A program made the translations under genes and the position numbers. 64,000 nucleotides of DNA from positions 26,784,001 through 26,848,000 of the forward strand of contig OZ024752.1 of the NCBI GenBank assembly GCA_964016885.1, written 5' to 3'. How positions within the stretch are numbered: the first letter of the stretch is position 1; each line of letters opens with the position of its first letter. The notes beneath the pieces are model-generated. The model was not told where the DNA came from, searched no databases, and saw only the letters and a list, made by a program, of their open reading frames with translations. The stretch comes from Eledone cirrhosa. Lineage: Eukaryota. Positions 25,855 through 38,475 of this stretch are shown here, piece by piece.

Positions 25855-28640
25855 GTATTAACTCAGCAGAACACGGAACCTTTCTATGGATTTCACTGGT
25901 TTACTCGCCATCAGATTACATTGACTTTCATCTACGGCACAGTCCCTACCACCAAAGGTAGACCACACAGAAAAAGTATATATATATATATATATATATC
26001 ATCATCATCTTCATCATTATTGTTTAACATCAATCTTCCACGCTAGCCTGGGTTAGATGGTCTTGTTCCGTTTGATGTGGGAATGGTGGGGAGAACATGT
26101 CTCACTCACACAGAAGCGTCTCTGGCAGGTGTTTTACTTCTAGATGTCCTCCCTAACATCAACCCCGTTTACAGTGTATACTGGGAGCCTTTTCACCGTG
26201 TCTCCTACACGACCACCTTACAGTGTGAACTGTTGTCTCATCGATACAGGGGACGATACGGGAGAGAGAGGAAGGGGTAGGATGCGGGTGGGTATACATT
26301 GGGTTAAGAGGTACCTACTGACTGTAGTTTTGTATGCAATGGCAGTCGGGTCTTCTGTACAACTGCATGGTGCCAAATGTCTCGATCTAGTGTCATTGTC
26401 TTAGAGACAATATGTATATATATATAATTGTTTCTACTTTTGGCACAAGGCCAGCAATTATCAAGTGCATTACTGGTACTTTATTTTATCGAACCCGTAA
26501 TCAAATTTCACGTAGTTTAGGAGTGCAGACTTATGTTTTGAATGAAAAAAATACTTTGGGGATGAAAAGAGGTCAAGCCAGTGAAAGGTACACGGAAATT
26601 TGATGTTATTAAAGTATAATGTTAAAAACGAAGGAAAATAAAATTTTAGGGTAAGGTTACTAGTGAGAAATACCAATCTTATTTAAACCACAAGGAATCT
26701 AGATCTATAACAAGAAATTAAATTAATTGATAGGGATAAATTTATATTAATTCATATGAATGTGATAAATAAGAATTAGATGTTATTAAAAACGAAGAGT
26801 GTTGTTATAACGAAGGAAAGTAACATTTTGGGATAGGTGTAGTAGTGAGAAATACCAATCTTATATAAACTACAAGGAATCTAGATTGATAACAGGAAAT
26901 TAAATTAATTTATAGGTATAGTTTTAGGTATTAATTTTAGGAAAAGAGAGCTGTAAGAGCGAAATAAAATTATAAAGTTCTCTGTAGTAAAGTACTAATT
27001 ATAGGTTAACTAAATTAAAACAAACAATTATAATAATATGTAAAATATAAGTGTTATATTAATTAGGTTTATAATATTTGAAGGTTCTGCTAATTCTATG
27101 ATTGAAAGATATAATTAATTCCTGTCGCTTATTTAATAGGATATCCTTAGATTTCATGATTTTAAAAAGTTCCTGGGAGCATAATCTACACTCGTATCTG
27201 TTATTTTAAGGACCACCAGATGACAGATCGGGGTACCCTATCAAAGGCCTTCTCTAGGTCAACAAAGGCTAAGTATAGTAGCTTATTTATCTGTAAGAAC
27301 CTCTCTTGCAATTGTCTCACCAAGAAGAGGGCATCTGTTGTACTCTTCCCAGGCACAAAACCAAATTGCATCTCATCTAGTTTGACCCTTTCTCTAATTA
27401 GTTGTGCTAATATCCTTTCTGCCACTTTCATAGCCTGATCCATCAGTTTTATACCCCAATAATTGCTCCTCTCCAGAGCATCCCCTTTACCTTTGTAGCA
27501 ATTTATGAGAATACTGCTGCACCAGTCTTTGGGTATGACACCACCATATATAGCCTGATTGATGATGCGTGCAACCAGTTTAGTGCCTACGTCCCCTGAT
27601 GCCTTCAGCACCTCAGCAACTATTCCCGATGGTCCAGCAGCCTTACCACTTTTCATTTCCTTAAACGCCTCTTGGACCCTATATTCGTCAATCTCAATAG
27701 CTGGTCCCTCTGTCGGATCTACTGAGGGTAATTTCTCTCTCTCCCATTCGTTCTCCACATTCATCAGTCTCTCATAATTACATTTCCAGGCCTCCTTTTT
27801 CTGATCATTCGCTACACTAAGTACAACGGCATCGTTCCGGACACATTTATCTCCAACAACATCCTGATTTGCATTGACACACTGCCTTGCAATGTGAAAC
27901 ACAGCACGCCTCTGATCTTCCCATCGCAGAACATTGGCAAACCTCCTACTCTCAGCCTCCCTGCGTGCTAAGTACACCTGACGTCTAGCTTCTCTGTTAG
28001 CGGCTGTATATTCTTCCCTACTCCCACCCTTTTCCAAGCCTTCCATGCTAGTCTTTTGTCTCTAATGGCCTTTACTGTGCTGTTCCACCACCAGGTCACT
28101 CTCTGTCTGGTTGGAGCTCAGTAGCCTGCAGTAAGTTGTCACGTAAGAAATTCCAGTTATTATCTATGTCATACGTCTCTAAATCGTCTTCTTTTTCGTC
28201 ATACACATCTTGAAGTGCTTTCCTAAATTTGTATTTTAGTGAAAGGTCTTTTAGCTTCCAGACCTTTCTTCTCCACACCTTCCTGTATGTCTCATTCCAT
28301 CTCTTGCTTACTGAGATATCACTAACGACTAACCTATGCTGTGGGGTACATTCTTCCCCAGGGTATGCCTTGGTATTAAACACCATCTGCCTGTCCCGCT
28401 GCCTAACTAGTAAGAAGTCAATCAATTTGTAGGTTATTAGGTGGTTGACAGGTTTCTGGAAGTTTGTGTTGCAATAGTCAGTGTACCTGCATCACAAAAT
28501 TCAAGAAGTTTCACTCCTTCATTTCTTGAGTCGTAACCGTGCCCACCATGTACACAAGTGTAACCATCCTGCAGCTATCCAACATGACCATTGAAGTCCC
28601 CTGCTAGCATAACGATGTCTCCGTCCTCTGTCATTGTGGT

Positions 28641-28678
<38 letters not shown>

Positions 28679-29611
28679 TTAATATGGAAATGGTTTCTAC
28701 AGGACTAGAACTATTTTATTCAAAGAAAATCATCAGGCTTTCCTGGTGAATTCTTTCGAATGAAACATTGTATATACTCTACTATGTATTGAGAACCTTA
28801 GTTACTATGGTTACCCCTGATTGAATCCGACACACACACACACATATATATATATATCATATATTTACACACATATATATTTACACATATCTCCTTATAA
28901 TATATAACCACCAATTTCTCTGTCTGTCTGTCCGACAGTGGAAACACGTGCGCGCGTGGTTGCTATCTCTCTCTCTCTCTCCAGCTATCCCTCTCTTTTA
29001 GTCTGTCTGTTTCTCTCACTCTCACTCTTTCTCTTTGTAACACACTAACATTCCTCCCCTCTATCGCTGTGACGAATGGGGAGATGGAGGAGGAGGAGGT
29101 GGAGGAGGAGGAGGAGGAGGAGAGAGTCAGTTTGTCACTTCACCTCTGCCTTTCTTTCTCTCCCCTCTCACTCCCTCATTACGTACAGACATTAGGGCAG
29201 TGGATTGGCAGAATCTGTAGAGAGTCGGACACCATGCTTCATAGCATGGAGTTACGTCCCTTTACGGTCTGAGTTCAAATACCGCCGAGGTTAACTTTGC
29301 CTTTCATCCTCACGGGGTCCATAAAATAAAGTACCAGTAATGTACTGGGTATTTGCTGGCCTTGTGCCAAAAGTAGAAACAATTATTAGAAACATTGCTT
29401 CATTTCTACATATCTAAGCATTAGTAAAATAACTAATAATTTCAAAAGTAATTTTTCAATTCCAATTGTTATGAAGAGCAAAACATTAATAATAATTTTG
29501 TTCTAAGAAATATATATACATTTCTGTGTGTGTGTAATATATATATATATATACACACAGAAATATATATATATATACACTCAGAAATATATATACATTT
29601 CTGTGTGTGTA

Positions 29612-29648
<37 letters not shown>

Positions 29649-29721
29649 GAAATATATATACATTTCTGTGTGTGTAATATATATATGGACTAGAACTGTT
29701 TCATTCTTGAGAAATCACCAG

Positions 29722-29762
<41 letters not shown>

Positions 29763-29835
29763 TTAGTTTCAGAAGATCCCGTTAAGGGTGAAAGCAGCGA
29801 TTCTTTGCTTAAACTTTAATCGTTTATTTTAATAA

Positions 29836-29879
<44 letters not shown>

Positions 29880-30384
29880 GTACGTATGTAATATATTAAT
29901 AATATATATATATAATGTATGTATATATAATATAATATATATATATATATGTTAGTAAATACGAAGAAATATTTATACTATTCCACACACATATAATATA
30001 TATGTTATGTCGTCGACCACTGATTCCAACAACCAGCGTTCTAGGCCAGCACGTGACACCTGCGTTCCCAGCCATGGCACGCGCGACCTTGGAGTAGTTA
30101 CCATGGAGATCTAGCAAGACACAGCCGAGTTCTTTGAATTTACAGACGACAACTTTAAGACTGGCTTTTGGTGTTTTAACCAACTCACTGGGGCTGAGCA
30201 TATAATATATATATATATGTGTGTGTGCGTGTGTGTGTGTGTTATATGTGTGTGTATGCGTGTGTGTGTGTGTGTATTATATGTGTGTGTGTTATATGTG
30301 TGTGTATGTGTGTGTGTATGTGTGTGTGTATGTGTGTGCGTGCGTGTGTTATATATATGGGTGTGTGTTATATGTGTGTGTGTG

Positions 30385-30415
<31 letters not shown>

Positions 30416-31823
30416 ATATATATATCTGTTAGAACACGAAAAGTGTGAAACACAGAATGTTCACTTTTCGTGTTCTAACATATATGCCTAGCTTCTTTAA
30501 AAATTTTTCGGGGATAGCCGTGGTGGTGGTGATCGTATGTCATTGGCTAATTTTCAACCAATCAGAGTACCTCTCTCTATATCTCTTCCACTGTTACTTA
30601 CGCCTGTTTCTCTCTATCTGTTCCGTCTCTATATATATCTCTTACTCTTTCGCTTTGCACTCCTCCCCTTCAATACCATCTCTCCCCCTCTCTATATATT
30701 TGTTACTCTATCGCTGCACGCTCCTCTCCTTCAATATATCAATTACACACGCTTTACACTCCTTTATCCCCAGCGCCCCTATATATACACCCCCCTCTCC
30801 CGCATCTATATTTTAATGTACCGTTGCACCGTGAATATATGTGTCTATATATATATACATATATATTGTATATACACATTCATGTATGTGTATACACATT
30901 CATGTATGTATATACACTGGTTTTATGTGTGTATTGTAAATTTGTACTGTTAAAACACGAAACTAACATTCGATTGACACTTTGATTACCTGTACAGGCA
31001 ATAGTTATTAGAATGCTGTTGAAGTGTGTATATATTTTTGGGGGACATCCTGTATATACACACATTATATATAATACAATAAACAGATAAATACACACAT
31101 ATATATATGAGCTTATTTAATTATAAATATTGTGAATTTTTAACTCAGTTCAATTATATATATAAATGGCTTCTACAGGACTAGAACTGTTTCATTCGAA
31201 AGAAATCATCATAATATTGAGAGGGGGGACTAGATAAAATATTTCAAATCAAATGTGTATAAGTTATAAGTTAAAATGTATAAATAGAGACGATAGTGGA
31301 GGTATATCTGTTTAGTGGAACAGTAGACGATAGAATTAAATACAGACGATAATCTCCCTTTAATGAAACAGCAGACGATAGAATTAAGGCAATTTAAATT
31401 TTAAGCATTTGCATTTTTGCCTTTCATCGTTACGGGGTCGATAAAATAAAGTACCAGTAATACACTGTCACTAGACGACTTTCAAATTGAATTGTTGGTT
31501 CCATTTCTTTAGTATTTTCAATTGTAGTTATCCACTTAAAAAGCGTTACACGGTTAGAGACATAATTCGTAAGTTATATCTTCCCTATTAAACCATTGCA
31601 TTATTTCGCCTACAATAGAACAAAAATGAAATGTTCTTTAAAGAAACAGGAATATAACTTTATAAAAAAAAAAGTTGCATCCGCTTCTTTTATCATTGAT
31701 AATTTTTTCGTTTTAATATTAATTGTTTTTTGTAGTTGTTTATATTAAAAATCTTACTGTAATATTTACTTAAACGAAGGCAAACATCTAAACTTATAGA
31801 TTAATCTTGAGCGAAGGACTAGA

Positions 31824-31906
<83 letters not shown>

Positions 31907-34143
31907 GAAGAATGATAAAATTTCAAGCAAAGAGTTTAATTAGGTATATTTTGTAATATTATTAACTAATTATTATAATTAACGCGCATATTTTGCTATC
32001 CTCAAACACGTTTACACATGGCATGAAATATAACTAATCCGAGATGGCTAGGTTTCATCTTCTAACTGGATAAACGAAATCCATTATGTCTTGACAACAA
32101 CATGAGGTAACATTATGTTATTCACAGACACACTTTGTACACTGTTCCATATCAGAATGTATTTCCTTCGTCACATTCACAAACAGTATTGAAAATATGT
32201 TCTTCGGCAAATAAAAATGTTTTGTTCATAATATTTCAACTAGCGATTGCTCTACTCCACGCACGACCACCATAAATTAATGACCAGCTCAACACAAGTA
32301 TTGGTAGAGCGTCAGACACCATGCTTTGCAGTATTGTTATGGTCCTTTGCATTCTAAGTTCAAATCCTGCCGAGGTTAACTTCGACTTTCATACTTACTA
32401 ATTCGATAAAATAAAGTACCAGTAATGGACTGCCGTAATGGATTTGTGCCGAAAAATAGAAACACTATTAATGTGCAATACGAGCAAAATATAACGACAT
32501 TGCTCAATTATTTTATCTAATGTTGTAATAACACAAGGAAATGTTGTTTGTGTATTTTTTTTTATATTTGCTCATAGGCTTTTACAATTTCGCTCAGCCA
32601 ACAACTATTAAAAAGTGAGTTGCTTAAGATAACAATTTAATCACAAATTGTTGCTATCTTTTAATACACTCCAACAAGTCATCAAATTATGTACAATAAA
32701 AACAAATCTTATTAATTTGCTCAGGGAATATAAAGAAAATGTATATACACTGATAATTGCAAATGTATGTAAATATTTTGTTTTTGTATTGTATATTTTA
32801 TGTTTTCTATTATGTATAATATATTGATTTAATATTGATTGTTTTTTGTAGTTGTTTATATTAAAAGTCTGAAAATATTTTTATACATCTTACACTAATA
32901 TTTATAAGATAATTTATAATAACAATTACATAATCTAATTACATTACAACGATAATTTATTATTAATATATATCCTGTTTAACTAGAGTTATTACAAGCG
33001 TTGCCTTAAAAAAATATTAAACTAGACATGAAAAATGCGCAAGCTCAAAAGTGCCACAGAATGTTATAATAAACCTTCAAAAGTGTGGGACTAGAGTTGT
33101 TGCTAAAAAATATTGTAATCATTATATATCGTACATTCTGTGGCATCCTTTATAAAAATAGCTTAAACCAACGAAGCCTTTATTTTTACGCTATTTCACT
33201 TAGTTAATTCTTAGAGTGTAACATATAAAAATAAATACATCTATGTTTAATGTAATAACAGCTATAAATAATTACGTAATATTATTATCATATACTCATA
33301 GTAACAAAATAATTGTGTTGAAACTTAATATGATGCTTATATGAACGATCAAATCTATAATGATAATTTCTTAAATATACTAATAGTAAAATAATTTAGT
33401 TATCTATTGTTACATTTTCATAGAACTATAATATTAACAATCGTATTGCATTATCAAATTTTTATCACTACAAACTTTCATATTGGAATTACCTTAAGCC
33501 ACTTATTATTACTTCGCTTTCGTACTTTTACAGCTGTAGATATTGCGCTGTATCTTATATCTAATATCAATATCTCGTGGTAATTTGCATGAAGTGTAAA
33601 ATAGGTTTATTAATAACTTTAATATGAAATGTATTATACAGGGCTGCGGAGTCGGTCAAAAATTGACTGGCTCCAACTCAGGATCCGATACTCCATTATT
33701 TCCTAAATTTCAGCTCCGCAGCTCTGTTATTATATTAATTAATTTATTTTATAGTTGTAAATCATATTTTTATATGTTACACTCTAAGAATTAACTAAGT
33801 GAAATAGCGTAAAAATAAAGGCTTCGTTGGTTTAAGCTATTTTTATAAAGGATGCCACAGAATGTACGATATATAATGATTACAATATTTTTTAGCAACA
33901 ACTCTAGTCCCACACTTTTGAAGGTTTATTATAACATTCTGTGGCACTTTTGAGCTTGCGCATTTTTCATGTCTAGTATATATATATTATATATATATAT
34001 TATATATGTATATTATGTGTGTCTATATATATGTACATATATATAGGTTTAAGTGTGTATGTGCGTGTGTATGTGTGTGCGTGCGTGTGTTATATATATG
34101 GGTGTGTTATATATGTGTGTGTGTGTATATATATAATATATAT

Positions 34144-34185
<42 letters not shown>

Positions 34186-37100
34186 ATTATATATGTATAT
34201 TATGTGTGTCTCTATATATATACATATATATAGGTTTAAGTGTGTATGTGCGTGTGTATGTGTGTGTTAGCGTGTGTGCATATGTGCGTATGTATGAGCG
34301 TGTGTATGGTATGTGTGTGTTAGCGTATGTGTCTGTATGCGTGTGTGTCTGTCTGTGTGTATCTGTGTCAGTGTTTGTGTGTGAGTGTGTACAGGAATTC
34401 ATAAGTTTCCTAAAATATGTCTGTATGCTTAATTTTTCTTAAAAATTATAAACTGGTTCTTCCTGTCAGAGATAATAATCTGATTTGAGAATAATGCATC
34501 TCAAAATATGAACATGGGTGTATATATATATATGTATGTGTGTGTGTGTCTGTGTTTGTGTTTGTGTTTGTGTGTGTGTTAAATATATATCGACTAGCAG
34601 AAAACCACCCAGCGGGTGGTTTTCTGCTAGTCTACTTATATATATAACCAGCAATTTCTCTGTCTGTCTGTCCGACAGTGGAAACACGTGCGTAGAGAGA
34701 GAGTGAGAGTGAAAGAAAGAGACAGACTACGAGAGGGGGATAGCGGGAGGGAGAGAGGGAGAGAGAGAGAGAGAGTGAATAGATGCTAAAACACGTGCTA
34801 CAGAAACATTACATTTCCCTCTCCACTGATTTTGGTCACTGAGGCCGTGGGAATCGCTGGTTGCTATAGAGACACCTTGCACAAGCCAGAAGTAACCAGT
34901 TCGAGACGGTTCTGACTTGACACCATGCGAAGAAGGTTGCCATTGAATTTGTGGTTGTTGCTGCTGATAATAAGGACTATTTGAAGAAGGTTGCTGCTGA
35001 TGAGGTAATTTATTAATCAGATTGCGCAGTTCCATAACCTGCGTTTGATTTGTTCAATATTTTTCTTCAAATTTTTTGTTGTTTTTTTTTTATTTCTTAT
35101 TGAAAAAATATAAATAATAAAATAAGGTTAGAAATTTAAATACAATTAAATACGATTTAATTTCCATTTCCAGCAGCCAATGTCCAGTGTTCAATTTCAT
35201 GAAAAAATTGGAAATAAATCAAAAAATTGAAGTTTAACTTTTGAACATTTGTTTTGACAATAAAAAAATATTTCCTTATTCACACCTAATGGTATGATTA
35301 AAATTTCATAGGAATATTTTTTTCTAACCGCCAGTTATTTAAATATTATTAAAAATAATTTTTTTTTGTAAAAAGAATGGAAGATTTTGTGGATTTTTTT
35401 ACCACCTTCCAAGCCTTAAACACTAATTCTCGCGAATTTGTGTTTTGTAATGACCCTCAGGACGCTGCTATTGTTGATTCCAATAGTGCCTGGTATTCGA
35501 ATATGTTAGTATACAATTTTTTGAATAAAATTAAGGCGCAATTAGAGCTGCCAAACAAAATTTTTTTCGGCTTCGGCCCATATTATTTTTGGGAAAATTC
35601 TATTGGCTCTAATGAGTCTGCCTCTGTTGGCGTTATTTGCGACAGTCACCATTTCTTGACTTTCAAGTCTATATATGTAAAGCTGAGGTTGTCTGTCTGT
35701 CTGTCTACTAAAGCCTTCGGCACACATCTCCTCTTAAACCGTACGTTTAAATTTCGGGGAAATTGCTACACTTATAGATGAAGGTCCGGCGGAGTCACTG
35801 TCTGTCTGTCTACTAAAACCTTCGGCACACATCTCCTCTTAAACCGTACGTTCAAATTTCAGTGAAATTGCTACACTTATAGATGAAGGTCCGGCGGAGT
35901 CAACATTTTTCAAATCGACCCACGCCAAGTGTAAAAATCGAATTTGTAATCTCCTTATAATATATAACCAGCAATTTCTCTGTCTGTCTGTCCGACAGTG
36001 GAAACACGTGCGCGCGTGCGAATGCTTTTTGCGCACGCGTAGAGAGAGAGTGAGAGTGAAAGAAAGAGACAGACTACGAGAGGGGGATAGCAGGAGGGAG
36101 AGAGAGAGAGTGAATATACGCTAAAACACGTACGCGCGTGCGAATGTTTTTTGCGCACGCGTAGAGAGAGAGTGAGAGTGAAAGAAAGAGACAGACTACA
36201 AGAGGGGGATAGCGGGAGGGAGAGAGGGGGAATTTAGGAGTGCTACAGAAACATATATACATTTCTGTGTGTATCTAATATATATATATATACACACACA
36301 GAAATATATATATATACACACAGAAATATATATACATTTCTGTGTGTGTAATATATATATATATACACACAGAAATATATATACATTTCTGTGTGTGTAA
36401 TATATATATATATACTAGCAGAAAACCACCCACCGGGTGGTTTTCTGCTAGTATATATATATAAAACTGAGGTTGTCTGTCGGTATGTCTGTCTACTAAA
36501 ACCTTCGGCACACATCTTCTCTTAAACCGTACGTTCAAATTTCGGTGAAATTGCTACACTTATAGATGAAGGTCCGGTGGAGTCATCGGTCAAAAAATGT
36601 TTCAAATCGACCCACGCCGAGTGTAAAAATCGAATTTGTAATGTATTGATTTTTCAGTTCAAATGTATAAATAGAGATGAGAGACGAGCTATTTCCCTTT
36701 TATGGCGTAATTTGCTTATCTATTTATGTTACGTATAAACGATGCGGTGGACCGAGAAGAACAATTTCATGCAAAGACAAGACCAAGTTTATGGTGTAAA
36801 TGGAGTCGTTAGATTAATATTCTATTTAAAATAACCGAATGATTTCCAGCTCCGGATTTTAAGAATGAGGTAAATAAAATTGTAAACGAAAAGGATAGGT
36901 CAATAAATAGTTGTTTCTACTTTTGGCACAAGGCCAGCAATGAACCAGTAAATTACTGGTACTTTATTTTATCAACCCCGTAAGGATGAAAGGCAAAGTT
37001 AACCTTGACGAGATTTTAAATTTGCCTTAACATAGTAAAAGTAAATAGTGAAGATTTAGGTCAGTACATACGTATGCGCCGACGAACATACACATACATA

Positions 37101-37846
37101 TACATACGCACACACAAATACATACACAAACATGCGCGCGCGCGCGCGTGTGTGTGTAAACCTTATGCATTTCTACAGTATTTTCACCAAACTTAAAACA
37201 TAGGTTACTTATGTACTCCGGATGGTCATGGGCACTTTCATTTTTCCAGATATTGATTATAGGTCCTCCCGGCAGATAACCCCCTTTAACCACTTCCTTG
37301 GAGTCGACTGAAGCACTCCAGTGCAATGCAAAAAAACGTCATAACTTCTGGAGATGGCAACCGATTTTCACAAAACTTGACACATGGGCTACATTTGTTC
37401 TACAGATGAATGTGAACTCTCAGAATTGGCACATATTGAGTAGGGGACCCGGGGGGGGGGCAGGAACCCCCTTTTGGAACCCCCATTTTGTAAAAGTATA
37501 GTTTTCGAAGCAGCACTGAAGTATTGACATAAATGGTATACATAACTACTATTTAATACCCGAGCAACGCCGGGTACCTCTGCTAGTATCATATATTTAC
37601 ACAAAATGTACATATATATATATAGACACCATTACACTGTACAAGAAAAAGTGGGCGATTTCAGCATCTATAAATATTGTGGGATAGGTTGCTGGAGAAA
37701 TCGTTGTTAGAATATTGCTATATATACTAGTGACATATATATATAATTAAACAGTACTAGTCCTGTAGTAGCCTTTTCTATATAAACTCATGTCTTCACT
37801 CTACACATGTATTGAGTACCTTGTTTACTGAAGTTACCCCTGACTC

Positions 37847-37899
<53 letters not shown>

Positions 37900-38387
37900 T
37901 GGTGGAACACTGGAAGGTAATATCCGTAGGGGTAGCGCACTCAGTCCAAGGGACGAGTTAGTTAGAAGTGGTTACAGAACAGTTAGTTCACCATACCGAG
38001 AACAATTGTTTCACCTTCGCGGATCTTCAGCTCGGGATGTGTATGGTTATAGAAACAGCTGTCGGAGAGGACGAAGGTGTTATTAGAAGACCTAAATTTC
38101 TTAATATCGTTTCTGAGTTTCGTTTGAAAGGTGTTAGTGTGTTTGCGAAAGGAAATGTTAGCGACTAAGTAAAGAAAGTCCGTCTCGAAAAGAGCAAGTT
38201 CGGTTACCTTAGGAGGGTAGGCTCTCGATTTCAGGTTGAAGGTGTTGTTGGTGCCTGTAATTTTGCCGTCGAAAGCTAGGGCTCGCCATCTTAACGCTGT
38301 TTCTATAACCATACACATCCCGAGCTGAAGATCCGCAAAGGTGAAACAATTGTTCTCGGTATGGTGAACTAACTGTTGTGTAACCAC

Positions 38388-38475
<88 letters not shown>

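Larger units (their letters stand above)
12655..26500. repeat. Tandem segmental array of 4 units (~3.26, 3.45, 3.64, 3.44 kb): SINE + host exon + MITE + RTE fragments
   Basis: Units begin at SINEs near 12655, 15911, 19358 and 22994, with a truncated SINE at about 26430; near-identical ORF sets recur in each unit. Confidence 0.97.
37966..38390. mobile_element. Penelope-like fragment flanked by ~95 bp inverted hammerhead-bearing repeats
   Basis: Minus-strand spacer LRWRAL...FNLKSRAYPP...ELALFETDF...NTFQTKLRNDIKK...VLSD resembles the pre-RT region of Penelope ORFs. Confidence 0.8.

Noticed and set aside
31550-31609. Exon-like segment with an acceptor similar to that at 42021
   Set aside because: In-frame TAA and weak donor; at most a pseudoexon
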